A stretch of DNA of 64,000 bases from Terriglobia bacterium (GCA_963739235.1 CAVTZY010000050.1:60405-124404); one strand, 5' to 3'; positions 1 to 10,180 are shown, numbered from the stretch's first letter. The notes: generated by a model from the sequence alone, not told the origin. A program made the numbers and translations.

Positions 1-2
1 GG

Positions 3-116
3 GCGCGCCTGTCGGCGGGCAATGCCAAGCTGGATCCTAAACTTCCCGCAGACCGGCTCGTAAGCAGTTGGCGGCTGTGGGTGCCTGACGGATTTTCGAA
101 GGAGGCAGAGCTGTGA
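3..116 (+). CDS. C-terminal end of a type IV TA antitoxin (AbiEi-like), truncated by the window edge
   Basis: Frame 3 reads ARLSAGNAKLDPKLPADRLVSSWRLWVP...*, resembling AbiEi C-termini; its TGA overlaps the GTG start of the AbiEii gene (GTGA). Confidence 0.65.
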   Translation, partial: ARLSAGNAKLDPKLPADRLVSSWRLWVPDGFSKEAEL

Positions 117-1564
117 TCGGCAAGGAAGAAATTCTCGGATTTGCCCGAGAGGTTGGGCTCGACCCAAACGTTGTAGAGAAGGATTACGTTCTCGGGTGGA
201 TGTTGGCTGGAATTTCGTTCCATCCAAGAACTCGGGATACTTGGCTGTTTAAGGGCGGCACATGTCTGAAGAAGTGCTACTTCGAAACCTTCCGGTTTTC
301 GGAAGACCTCGACTTCACTCTGCTTGACAGCTCCCATGTGGACGACGCGGTTCTGCGCCCGCTGTTTTCGGAAATCACGCAGTGGGTGTATGAACAATCG
401 GGCATCGAACTACCGGAGAATGAGCGCTTGTTCGAAGTGTACATAAACCCGCGGGCCAAGAAGTCGGCACAGGGCCGACTGGGTTACAGGGGACCCATGC
501 AGCGCCAGGCCAGTTTGCCCCGGATCCGGTTCGACTTGACAGATGACGAGCGGGTCGTGCTCAAAGGCGAGCGCAGACACGTCCACCACCCCTATTCCGA
601 CGAACCTGAGGGTGGAATCGAAGTGCTTGCGTATTGTTTTGAAGAGGTGTTTGCCGAAAAACTGCGCGCTCTTGCGGAACGCCAGCGGCCGCGCGACCTC
701 TACGATGTAGTGCACCTTTATCGTCGTGCCGTGGACATAAATAGAGCGTCAATCCGCACCACGCTTGCGGCCAAATGCATATTCAAGGGTATAGCGATCC
801 CTACAGTCGCGAGTTTGCTCTCAAGCCCTCAACACGCTGAGTTGCGTGCTGATTGGGAACAAATGCTTGCCCACCAGCTGGCAGGACTGCCTCCATTCGA
901 CTCGTTCTGGGAAGAGCTGCCGTCGGTCTTCGCATGGCTCGAACGCGAAGAGATCGCGCCGCGCCGTCCCGCTATAGGCACACTCCACGCTGACATTGAC
1001 ACTTCGTGGCGTGTGCCGACAATGGCACATTCGTGGCGTGCCGAGGGCATTGCAGCGCCTCTCGAGATTGTCCGTTTTGCTGCCGCCAACCGTCTTTGCA
1101 TGGATCTTGCTTACCGGGACGAGCAGGGCAGAGTTGGTTCCAGGATTATTGAACCGTATTCGCTGCGGCGCACCAAGGCAGGGGATATTCTTCTTTATGC
1201 CGTTCGTAGCGACAACGGTCAGGATCGATCCTATCGTGTGGATCGAATTCTAGGAGCGCGCGCGACCAGCCAGACATTCAGGCCGCGATACGAAGTAGAA
1301 CTCAGCCTCGCCGTCCCTTCACACGTGCCGGAGATTTCTCGAGCGGGGCGAACGTCGGCTCCTTCTGCGAGGCCAAGCCGAACCTCAAAACCAAGCATGT
1401 CTTCTGTACGCGGCTCTGGACAGCTCCGATACGTTTTTCAATGCGTCTCCTGCGGCAAGAGGTTCGAGCATTCGAAGTATGATTCGACGTTGAGGGCGCA
1501 CAAAACCAAGAGCGGCAGCCCCTGCTCGAGTCGCATTGGATCCTATGTCACGACCAGATATTGA
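113..1564 (+). CDS. AbiEii-family nucleotidyltransferase toxin fused to a WYL domain and a C-terminal Cys/His zinc-finger-like motif
   Basis: VEKDY, FKGGTCLKK, RFSEDLDF, EKLRAL, RPRDLYD (AbiEii); C-terminal LAY..R.IEPYSL...RSYRVDRI (WYL); CVSC..H..C tail. Confidence 0.85.
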   Translation: MIGKEEILGFAREVGLDPNVVEKDYVLGWMLAGISFHPRTRDTWLFKGGTCLKKCYFETFRFSEDLDFTLLDSSHVDDAVLRPLFSEITQWVYEQSGIELPENERLFEVYINPRAKKSAQGRLGYRGPMQRQASLPRIRFDLTDDERVVLKGERRHVHHPYSDEPEGGIEVLAYCFEEVFAEKLRALAERQRPRDLYDVVHLYRRAVDINRASIRTTLAAKCIFKGIAIPTVASLLSSPQHAELRADWEQMLAHQLAGLPPFDSFWEELPSVFAWLEREEIAPRRPAIGTLHADIDTSWRVPTMAHSWRAEGIAAPLEIVRFAAANRLCMDLAYRDEQGRVGSRIIEPYSLRRTKAGDILLYAVRSDNGQDRSYRVDRILGARATSQTFRPRYEVELSLAVPSHVPEISRAGRTSAPSARPSRTSKPSMSSVRGSGQLRYVFQCVSCGKRFEHSKYDSTLRAHKTKSGSPCSSRIGSYVTTRY

Positions 1565-1893
1565 ACGAGTAAGACCACTAGCTCGCCCATTCGCGGATCG
1601 GGGCGACTGCTGGGCGTATCAGGATTGGAGATGGCGGCTTGAGTTCTGCCTCAGCAGCAGTCCCGCGCTCGCCATAGATGACCACCGGCTGGTCCACGAT
1701 ACCGCTTGGTGATGCGTCATCTTCCCGATTCTCCCCGGCATCGACTACGTGACGGCGGAAATGCGCTGGTTGCGCTGTTATAGGCCTCCGATCAGATCCA
1801 AGTGGGCTCCGACCCTATGACGCGCTTCTGCTACGAACCGGTATGGATGCCCGCCGCGGGGATTGGAACTCACGGACTCCAAAGGAGAATCAG

Positions 1894-2670
1894 ATGCACT
1901 ACGATGAGTTTCGTGATCAACTGCAAGATGCTCTTCACAGCGAGGGACTGCTTACCGGGATTGAACGCGCGAGCGAGACTGTCGACATTGAGAGCATGGA
2001 CCGGAACTGGCAAGTCTACGTCTGGCGTGGTGAGCGGAAGAGCACCGAACCCTTTAACGTCTCAGCCGAGATAGCCTTCCGCTGGAGTTCAATCAACGCC
2101 GCTCGCGGACACACTTGCGAGGAAGACGTTCTCACAGAGATGCTGGGGAGGAGATTACGCATTCCGAAGACTCAGCGGCGCTGGGTACGTGTTGACCTAA
2201 AGCTCCACGCTTCTCTTCCATACGGCTCGACAGCTCGGATAACTGACTCGCAGGTCCTCAATTCCTGGACGGCTGCAGCAGGTGAAAAACTCAACAAGCT
2301 GCTGACCGATTTTCAAGAGCGGCAAGGGCGAATCATTGCCGTTATGGGAGGCAGCGAAGGCGTCAAGTTCGAGGTTCAATGCAAGACTCAGGAGGAGCTC
2401 TCGCTCGCCGGCGCATGGGTCTCGGCTTTTCAGCTGGTTCGAGTGCCACGAGTCTGGGATGACCCTGACCGGCGGGATGCCGAAAAGGGAAACAGCAAGG
2501 AACTCGCTCGTCTCGCGCGACGGTTCAAGATGGCATTGGAAGAGTGGATCAGCAGCGTCGTCGAACTCGGGAATTGGATACGCTACTCTCCTCCGCCGCC
2601 TGAAGCAAAGCCGCTCGAACCCTGGTTCGAGGACGAAGAGGAGAATGGCGGGCCCGAAACGATTCACTGA
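1894..2670 (+). CDS. hypothetical protein
   Basis: Long ORF with AAGGAG RBS before ATG 1894; no recognised motif. Confidence 0.6.
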   Translation: MHYDEFRDQLQDALHSEGLLTGIERASETVDIESMDRNWQVYVWRGERKSTEPFNVSAEIAFRWSSINAARGHTCEEDVLTEMLGRRLRIPKTQRRWVRVDLKLHASLPYGSTARITDSQVLNSWTAAAGEKLNKLLTDFQERQGRIIAVMGGSEGVKFEVQCKTQEELSLAGAWVSAFQLVRVPRVWDDPDRRDAEKGNSKELARLARRFKMALEEWISSVVELGNWIRYSPPPPEAKPLEPWFEDEEENGGPETIH

Positions 2671-2769
2671 TATCGGGATAGCCCGGCTACAGAGAATTTC
2701 GTCAATTCTCCAAACTCGGCGCCTGCGGGTAACGGAATTCGTGCGGGAAGGCCATCCAGCCTCCTTGAC

Positions 2770-3156
2770 CTACCAACGCTTTCGCCACTTGTCTCGGTAG
2801 CTCGGGGGATCCGGAATTGGCGCGTTCGGCTCGACCGACCGTTCTGCTATGAAATTGCTCAAGTCTCCATCTTTGATCTTGATGACACCTCTGAGCCGGC
2901 CGTCTCTGCCTAGAGTCACCCGGCCGGAGCCGGACATCTGGTCGAACTCCCACGCTCCTTGCCAAGTGAACGATACGCCGGACTTGGTGGGTTTGCAGTT
3001 GACGTAAGCCAGGAGGGCATGCATCCGCAGGCGGTCGGCAGTCCCCGTCAGCGAGATCAGGGCGAGGCCCAGAAGATCAAGATCGTCGTTCACCCAATGC
3101 AAAGTATCCACGATACGCCACCAACCTCGATATTCGGATGGAATAGGCTCTTGCAT
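2770..3156 (-). CDS. hypothetical protein (small, Trp-rich, predicted beta-rich)
   Basis: 128-aa ORF preceded by AGGAGG RBS. Confidence 0.6.
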   Translation of the reverse strand: MQEPIPSEYRGWWRIVDTLHWVNDDLDLLGLALISLTGTADRLRMHALLAYVNCKPTKSGVSFTWQGAWEFDQMSGSGRVTLGRDGRLRGVIKIKDGDLSNFIAERSVEPNAPIPDPPSYRDKWRKRW

Positions 3157-3191
3157 CGTTTCCTCCTGGACAAGAAAACCGGAGCCAGCGG

Positions 3192-4127
3192 CTACGTTTG
3201 AGTGTGGCCGGAGGAGCGCATGCTCTCCTTGACGGTCCGGACAATTATTGCGGCCAGCGTCAGGTGCGTGTTGCCCTGCCAGTCCTCGAGCGCTCGCACC
3301 CCGCGCAGTTGCAGGGTAGTCGCCAGTTCGCGAAACTCGGGCGTCTCTTCCTCAGGGACCAAGGGAAAGTCTTCAACCAAGGGGACGTCCTCCTTGCTCT
3401 TTAACACCCGCTCCACGTATTCTGCTGCGGCCCGCTCAGGATCACGCGGCGTTCGGACACCCGCGAATTCCCGGGTCAAAGCAGCTTCGGCCTCGCGAGG
3501 ATCAACTACTGTAACGTCACGGTCGAGCGTCTGCATAAGTTCACTGAGCTTGCCCTCGTTGGCAGCGAAGCAACGGTTTACCAGCCGGCAACGCAACGCA
3601 ATGACCTCGGACCCGAGGCGCGGTGCAAAGAACCGCGCCCCCTCGATCGCCCGCGGAATCGAATTCGTCTCCAGGGTCATGCAGTTACTCTTCGAAAAAC
3701 GGATGCGGCCGAGGACGATCGGGCGGTTCTCCTTCGGCACGGCGTCATAGCCGCCCGGGAATCTGAGCGACGCTGCCTCGCCCTGAAACAACCACTGCCA
3801 GCATCGCTCCGGGGGAACTTCGAGCATGCACTTCATGGCCCGGAGCCTCTTGACTACAAGGAGACGATCCGGGATCGAGTAATAGAGCCGCACGGGCTGG
3901 AACGGTTCGCCGGTCATAGTCGCAAGGAGACATCGTTGCTTTTGCATTTTTTGACTCGCCACCATTTTTTGTCTCCGCATCCTAATCGGCGATTCCACTT
4001 GAGGCAACCAGAAATCGCAGATAGTGGAACCCTGGCGGCCCAACGCGCCCTGGATGGGGCCATCGCCAAGCACTGCTCTACTGGTAGCTGGAAATCTGCA
4101 TCGGGAACGACCACCCTGTTTGCTCAT
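3192..4127 (-). CDS. hypothetical protein (start uncertain)
   Basis: 311-aa ORF co-oriented with neighbours; no motif recognised. Confidence 0.5.
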   Translation of the reverse strand: MSKQGGRSRCRFPATSRAVLGDGPIQGALGRQGSTICDFWLPQVESPIRMRRQKMVASQKMQKQRCLLATMTGEPFQPVRLYYSIPDRLLVVKRLRAMKCMLEVPPERCWQWLFQGEAASLRFPGGYDAVPKENRPIVLGRIRFSKSNCMTLETNSIPRAIEGARFFAPRLGSEVIALRCRLVNRCFAANEGKLSELMQTLDRDVTVVDPREAEAALTREFAGVRTPRDPERAAAEYVERVLKSKEDVPLVEDFPLVPEEETPEFRELATTLQLRGVRALEDWQGNTHLTLAAIIVRTVKESMRSSGHTQT

Positions 4128-4160
4128 AGAAACCTCGACATGAGTTCTTGAGACCGGCTG

Positions 4161-5400
4161 TTACAGTCTGGCGTGAATATCGGCTGACGAGTGGCGACGG
4201 ACCAATTCGTCATAGATGTCGTTATCAAAGGCGACAGCCTCGCGTGCACAGGCGCACTTCACGTCCTCGCGGAAGTCGACTTCCGAGTAATCCGCGCGAC
4301 CCACGGAATTATCCCGGATCCTCCGCACGATGTTTCCGAGCTGCTTCTTTTGCCGTGCCCGGTTGCCCGGGTCGGAGAGTGCAGCAATTTCTTTGACGAA
4401 ATATTTGAAGCTGTTGATTTTGACGGAGGATCGCTGACTGACGGCTTCCAGAGCTGAGATTACTCTTTCGACAGGAACCTGGTCGAGACCGTGTTCCGCA
4501 TAGGTTTCGGAATCGGACTGGCTCCATAGGTTCCCCGTCAGCTTTTCATAGGTGGCCCGGACAGCCGCAAAATCGTAGTTCGAGATCCCGTGTTTTTCTC
4601 GCGGCGCAGCCGCCGCGCTGTGGATTTCCGCTCGGGTGGCAGCGCCGACACAGGTTCTACCGCCATTTGATGATGATTGTTCTTTATAATCATCATCATC
4701 TTTATTGGTGGCATGTGGCGCCACGCAGGCTCCGGGTGCTACTGTGGCACGATGCGCTGGGGTGGCGCCTTCCGCCACGGTGGTGTCATTTGCCACCGTG
4801 GAATAAGGTGCCGTCTTTGCGGATGGCATCGGCACCTGGTAAACGTTCCCTTTTGAGGGCCCACCGAGGATCGCACGCAGCCGCCGGATCAATCCTCTTT
4901 TTTCCAGGTAAAGTATTGTGTCCTGGACCTTTCTTTGCGACATGAGGACGGACTTTGCCAATTTTGCCAGGCCGACAACGCAGGTGTCACGGCGGAAGCC
5001 GTGGGAGAGAAGGTACAGCTGGTAATAGACGGCTTTTGCGAACGGATCGAGGGTTGGAAACAGGCTGAAATTGATCGTATTTGGCACCCTCAATTCGCCT
5101 TTGACCATGGCAAGCCATGCCACGGTGGCATCGGATGCCACGGTGGCGGGCGGTGCCTCCGTGGCAGCGTGCCATGGTGAGTTACTGTTCTGGTGCCACC
5201 GTGGCATTGTGTGCCAAGGATTTTTCCACAGGGGGGGCGGGCCTCGGCCGCGGCGGCGTGCCGGCCGCCGGCGTGGTGATGACGCCCTCAAGCGGGGCAT
5301 ATTGCTTGAGCAGTTCCCTGGTAGCGGTATGCTCGCCCTGACCCTGGATGAGATCCTTAGCGATGGATGCTTTCAACTGCTGCTTGTCTCTTTTGTTCAT
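4161..5400 (-). CDS. winged-HTH protein, putative replication initiator or partition DNA-binding protein; one frameshift near 5190
   Basis: ORFs 5182..5400 and 4161..5300 join; HTH GLAKLAKSVLMSQRKVQDTILYLEKRGLIRR; ATVAxx hexapeptide repeats flank the HTH; overlaps the parA stop; paralogue at 19098-20304. Confidence 0.65.
4705..4822. repeat. intragenic array of 13-bp quasi-palindromes TGCCAC(C/G)GTGGCA at 18-bp period
   Basis: Units cgccacgcaggct, tgctactgtggca, cgctggggtggcg, cgccacggtggtg, tgccaccgtggaa separated by 5-bp spacers. Confidence 0.8.
5100..5220. repeat. second intragenic array of TGCCAC(C/G)GTGGCA quasi-palindromes
   Basis: tgccacggtggca-tcgga-tgccacggtggcg-ggcgg-tgcctccgtggca ... 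tgccaccgtggca. Confidence 0.8.
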
Positions 5401-6164
5401 GGCTCATTTCCCGTTTGAGTTCGTTGAACAGTTTCATGAAGTCGAAGGTGGCGGAGCTCGTCGTGGAACTCTCCACGACGCCTCTCCTCATGGCGGTGGC
5501 TTCGGCGACGCCGACGTAACGATGGATGACCGATTCCAGGACCAGGCTCGGACCGAAGAATTCTTCGACCTGCTGGCGGATGATCTTGTCGAGGTTCTGT
5601 CGCTTGTTGAACATCGTGGTCAGAACGTTGATTTTCAGAGAAGGATTGTGGGTCTCGCTGATCGCGGCAATGGTCTTGAGCAGCTGGTTCATGCCAAGCA
5701 GGGCAAACGAGCTGGAATCGATCGGGATTATGACGGAATCGGCGACGACCAGTGCGTTGACGGTGGCGGCCCGCATGGCCGGCGGAGTGTCGATGACGAC
5801 GACATCGAAATCGGGCAGGACCGGCTTCAACTGCCGGCGGAGCAGAAGTTCTCGATTGACCTTCTTTGCCTCCAGGAGGTCATCGGCTTCGATGTCGATG
5901 GAATTGGGAAGGAGGTGGAGCTGGGGACGAATCTCGACGAGGTAGCCGGCGGATGTCGGGCGTTTCGTTGATCAACAGGCGATGCGCCGTCAAGTTCAGT
6001 TTGTTCAGGTCGACACCGAGCCCGGCGCTTAGGTTCCCCTGCTGGTCGAGATCAATCGCGAGTGTCCGATATCCGGCTCTGGCGAAGCAGACGGCAAGAT
6101 TGAGGGCTACGGTGGTCTTCCCGCAGCCGCCTTTTGCATTGGTAAGGGTAAAAATATGAGACAT
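5357..6164 (-). CDS. parA: ParA/Soj family ATPase; frameshift near 5945
   Basis: Deviant Walker A KGGCGKTT, IDLDQQGNLS, IDTPP; split across ORFs 5880..6164 and 5357..5830. Confidence 0.9.
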
Positions 6165-6343
6165 GATTCAACGCTCCTCGGGTACGCTCCTACCTCGTGG
6201 AACGCGCCACGGGCGGAGGAAGGTGTAACTGTTGTGTAGCGGTTCTGGCGCCTACGGGCGCAGACTCCGTCCTACAACTTCAGCCGTTGAACCGTGTTTT
6301 TGCTGGTGATTTTAGTTTCTGTTGGTATAGCGTCTAGGACCAG

Positions 6344-6394
6344 TAGTCCTTCATAACCCCAAGGTCGGTGGTTCGATTCCACCCGTCGCTACCA
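6344..6394 (+). mobile_element. att site: 3' half of a CAT-anticodon tRNA (anticodon loop to CCA)
   Basis: TCATAACCCCAAGGTCGGTGGTTCGATTCCACCCGTCGCTACCA with T-arm GGTGG-TTCGATT-CCACC and CCA end; no 5' half upstream; identical 51 bp at 21231-21281. Confidence 0.85.
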
Positions 6395-6704
6395 AACCTA
6401 GAAACACTTTGAATTCATTGACATAGCGTCGAATCAAACTCTCCCTCCAGTGTTGCGCCCATAACCGGTTTTAGACAGTTTCGTTATGAAATCGCATATC
6501 AATAACGACTTTTGCAGTTTGTGGGCCGGCACTCTAAGTGTTGCTATGGCTAGTATTTAAGCGATGGCATCTCAGGAGCTTCAATATATGAAATGCGATT
6601 CAGATTTTCTTTGGGGTAGGAAACCCCATGTTCTGAAGTGAGGCCTGCATTTAAATATAAGCGATGCTCGGACTTACAGAACAACTCAAAGCCCAGAGCT
6701 GTTT

Positions 6705-6727
6705 GAGTGCAACGGTTCTGCAACGGT
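6705..6727. repeat. tandem 11-bp direct repeat, putative integrase arm-type site
   Basis: GAGTGCAACGGTTCTGCAACGGT; near-identical at 21118-21140 and degenerate at 6221-6243. Confidence 0.55.
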
Positions 6728-6799
6728 CTGTTATCCTGGCTTTTGTTTTGGACTTGAAACTCAGATCGGATAGTGCGCGCGGCGATCTCAGACAGCAGT

Positions 6800-7065
6800 T
6801 GAAGGGCGGCAGCACGAGAGATTTTCTCGGCCTGTCAAGGGGAAGCTTACGTTGAGATCAAGCTGAGGCTTGCGGGCAGCCTTCGCAATCAAAGAACGCA
6901 GCGCCATGTGACCCCAGGCGGATGTGGCCAGGAAATCAAATCAAGTCAATCACGGGTTGCTAAAATGGAGGCCGGCGAACGCTCCATATCGTTGGACTTT
7001 CTTGTGCGGACGCTGCTCGCTCTCGGCACTTCCAGCTATGATCTCGGACGCCTTCACTTCGAAAG
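6800..7065 (+). pseudogene. degraded XRE-family HTH (HigA-like) antitoxin
   Basis: Across frames: GSTRDFLGLS..EAYVEIKLRLA..DVARK/IKSSQSRVAKMEAGERSISLDFLVRTLLALG. Confidence 0.6.
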
Positions 7066-7398
7066 TCTGTTCCCGTTGCATAATCAAGGGCGCCCCCGTC
7101 CCCGTGCGCGACCAGCTGCTTCCGCGCGATCGCGTTGCCGCTCCCTGCTGACGTTCCTCGCCGAAATGGATTTGTTCACCGGAATGCCTTAATGAACAGC
7201 GCCACCCGCTGGACACTTTTGAAGGTGAGTGTCCAGGATTCCACTCCAAGATTCCCACCAAGCGCAGGTTCGGTGACCATATCCAAGAGGAGGTGCCCTG
7301 CGGCCGCGAAAGAGATACAATTGCAGCTTCGGTCGCAAAGGATAAAACATCGACAGAGAACGGTAGACAAGTCGGACACTACCCGGGAACGAAAGACA

Positions 7399-8172
7399 AT
7401 GGCACATTTCACTGCTACACAAGGCCGATACCTGGCGTTCATTCACGCTTACACGGAGCTGCACGGCTATCCTCCGGCGGAAGCGGAAATCGCGGCGGCG
7501 CTGCTAGTGTCACCGCCGTCGGTCAATCAGATGGTCATGATGCTTGAGAAGAACGGGCTAATCTCCTGTCGCCCGGGGACGCCACGCTCCATTCGCGTCC
7601 TGGTGCCGGAATCGGAACTGCCGCCCTGGGGGAGCAAAGGTGCGGGGCGTTCGGTCTTGTCCCGCCGACCTGCGGCGACAACCGCGGGCCGTCGAGCGCC
7701 GATAGCTTCATCTTCGCCGCCAGCGAACTTGTATGTGCTGGCAATCTACCTCGTCGGCGGCCCGACCGGCCCGAAGTTTGCTGGCAAGGAGATCAGCCGA
7801 GTGATCGAAATACGCGGCGATCAGACACTGGATCAGCTTCACCAGGCTATCTTCGAAGCCTATGATCGTTGGGAGCAACATGCCTATGAGTTCCAGTTCG
7901 GGCGCCGCCCGCATGATCCGGCCGGCCCCAACTACGGCGTAGCCGCACCGACAACCAAGAAGACCAAAGGTGCGGATGCTCGAAAGACGACCTTGGATGA
8001 GCTGGATCTGAAACTACACCGCACTTTCGGCTACTGGTTCGACTTCGGCGATGACTGGTTTCATCAGGTCCAGGTCGAAAGAATCGACACTGCCATCCCG
8101 ACCGTCTCCTATCCACGCGTGACGCGGCGCATTGGAAAATCTCCGCCGCAATACACTGATCGGCAATCGTAA
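7399..8172 (+). CDS. LexA-type wHTH fused to a pRiA4b ORF-3 / IS1096 TnpR-like domain
   Basis: N-term FTATQGRYLAFIHAYTELHGYPPAEAEIA; C-term RVIEIRGDQTLDQLHQAIFEAYDRWEQHAYEF...YWFDFGDDWFHQV...GKSPPQY. Confidence 0.8.
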   Translation: MAHFTATQGRYLAFIHAYTELHGYPPAEAEIAAALLVSPPSVNQMVMMLEKNGLISCRPGTPRSIRVLVPESELPPWGSKGAGRSVLSRRPAATTAGRRAPIASSSPPANLYVLAIYLVGGPTGPKFAGKEISRVIEIRGDQTLDQLHQAIFEAYDRWEQHAYEFQFGRRPHDPAGPNYGVAAPTTKKTKGADARKTTLDELDLKLHRTFGYWFDFGDDWFHQVQVERIDTAIPTVSYPRVTRRIGKSPPQYTDRQS

Positions 8173-8398
8173 TTGAACGGGACCACAGTGCTTGTGTGAT
8201 CAAGCGAACCGGTAATTCCACTTTTAGCTTGGATCGCGAGCGCGTACCGTGGTCGATGGGAGGAATGCCTGGCGGGTCAGCCAGTTTCTGTAGGTACTCG
8301 CCTGGGGCGGCCAATCGTTATGACAGAGGATTTCGCAATGGCGACAAAACGAAGCGGACGGCAAAATAAAGAAGGACAGCGATTCCAGGCTAAACGAC

Positions 8399-10180
8399 TT
8401 GATGGAAAGGCTGTCGGCACATTTCTCGCAGGAAGAGATTCAGAAGATCTTCGGGCACTCGCTCCTTGCGCTGGACCCGGCAGGTTTAGAACGGATGGCT
8501 GCCGGCCTGGAAACGGAAACGGCAGCAGCTGTAAGGAAAGCACTAAAGCCCACTCGCAGATTGAAAAAATCCAAAGCGCCGTCGCACCCGACTACAGGCA
8601 AGACCCGTCAGGAATGGGATTCAGCCTGGCGGGATTGGGATGCCTGCATTTCAGAAACCGCCGATGAAAGCGGCAAGTACGTGCTTCAGGAGCATCACTG
8701 GGAACCTCCATACCTGGACAAGTCCGGATTTGCAGATGACCTCGAACCGATTGCTGCCCGGATTCACACTCTTCTTCCTCATGTCTTCGAACGAAACCTC
8801 GCGCCCGACTTCAGTTTCGCGCAGGCGCTGCTGAATACGGCGGAAGAGATCGGAGGCAATTCGGAAGATATTGAAGACAGTGGAGAAGGCCTCGCCTTTG
8901 GTCCGAAAGTAACGCGCTGCCTGCTCGAATGGGAGTGGAAGCGAGCGCGGCGGGATCACTTGGGAGGGTTCGAATTCCTGGACGGCATCTGCGCGCTCGA
9001 GCACTCGGGGGAGGACCTGGGTCTGGATCATTCCACGATCGGGAATTTCATCTCCGCGCTGGAGCCCGAAAGTCAAAAAGAGATGCTCCAAGGGATCATT
9101 TGCCATTGCCAATCCGGCCATTGGGCCCGGGCGCTCGAGCCGGTGCACGGAGGGTGGTTTGGTCTTTATAAGAAACTCTGCCGGAAATGGAATCCCGGCC
9201 GATTCCTGGAAGTCTGTCAAAAAGGCGTCTTGCAAGACTGGCGACTTGCGCTCCCGGTGATCGACGACCTGATCGCTCGCAAGGCATTCCAGGATGCTGT
9301 CGCCCTCGCCGATCAAGCCGCAGCTTCCATGCTCCGCATGACAGAGGGAAAGGCGTGGGATCCGCGCAAAGGGCTCATTCTGAACGAGAGTTCATTCCCC
9401 TACGATGGTGAGAAGGACCGCGCGATTCCTGGGCTCCTGAGACGTTGGAATAAAGCTGCGCGGGCGGTTGGAGAGCATGAGACGGCCTGCGCCCTGGAGC
9501 TTCAGCTTACCATCCTGCGTGATTGGACCGGCGGTGATGCCGTTCTGCAAGCGCTCCAGCGTGTGCCCCGGGGATTTGACGCAATAGGCGAGAGGATCTA
9601 CGAAGATTGGACGTCGTTGATTGCCATTTGGAGCGTCGAAGGGGCTATGGACGAGTTCACCGAATCCGAACACGGTTGGATCCGTGGCCTGGTCGATGCG
9701 ACCCGCGCCGGCACTAAAGGGCCGGCGATGTTCCGCCGAGATCTCCGCCGCTGGATAAACGATATTGGCAAAACACGTAAATCTTTGCGCGATGCGTTCA
9801 AATCTCTCGCTGTCCTGACGTTGGATCTGGATTCCGCTTCCGGACTAAAAAAGGCCTCCCCGGCACTGCACCGCCTGCTTTTGCGCGAACCACAGGGAGA
9901 CCGGCGTGTGACGACGCTTCGGCGGACATGGCTGAAACGGCTGCGCGCGGGCGAACTGCTGCCGGAGGTGATTCAATTCTGGAAGCGTCACGCGGCGCGG
10001 CTCGTACCCGATCCTGAACACTCCGCCGGGGATTACCGTGACTGCGCGGAGTGTCTCGCCGTCTTGCATGATTTCGATGCGCTTGCGTGCAAGAAGATCA
10101 TTGAGCAATGGAAGCTCACGCATAAACGCCGGAAAAACCTCTGGAAAACGCTGGAGCGTACCAAGCTTAATTCGTACTAA
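8399..10180 (+). CDS. hypothetical alpha-helical protein (593 aa; true start may be 8338 via a frameshift)
   Basis: Long ORF; no catalytic motif recognised. Confidence 0.65.
   Translation: MMERLSAHFSQEEIQKIFGHSLLALDPAGLERMAAGLETETAAAVRKALKPTRRLKKSKAPSHPTTGKTRQEWDSAWRDWDACISETADESGKYVLQEHHWEPPYLDKSGFADDLEPIAARIHTLLPHVFERNLAPDFSFAQALLNTAEEIGGNSEDIEDSGEGLAFGPKVTRCLLEWEWKRARRDHLGGFEFLDGICALEHSGEDLGLDHSTIGNFISALEPESQKEMLQGIICHCQSGHWARALEPVHGGWFGLYKKLCRKWNPGRFLEVCQKGVLQDWRLALPVIDDLIARKAFQDAVALADQAAASMLRMTEGKAWDPRKGLILNESSFPYDGEKDRAIPGLLRRWNKAARAVGEHETACALELQLTILRDWTGGDAVLQALQRVPRGFDAIGERIYEDWTSLIAIWSVEGAMDEFTESEHGWIRGLVDATRAGTKGPAMFRRDLRRWINDIGKTRKSLRDAFKSLAVLTLDLDSASGLKKASPALHRLLLREPQGDRRVTTLRRTWLKRLRAGELLPEVIQFWKRHAARLVPDPEHSAGDYRDCAECLAVLHDFDALACKKIIEQWKLTHKRRKNLWKTLERTKLNSY

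Noticed and set aside
4705-5220. CRISPR-like array in the wHTH gene
   Set aside because: Spacers are only 5 bp and the repeats are intragenic
6320-6394. Intact tRNA-Met gene (also at 21205-21281)
   Set aside because: Upstream sequence cannot form the acceptor 5' strand, D-arm or anticodon stem and differs between the copies; only the 3' half is present
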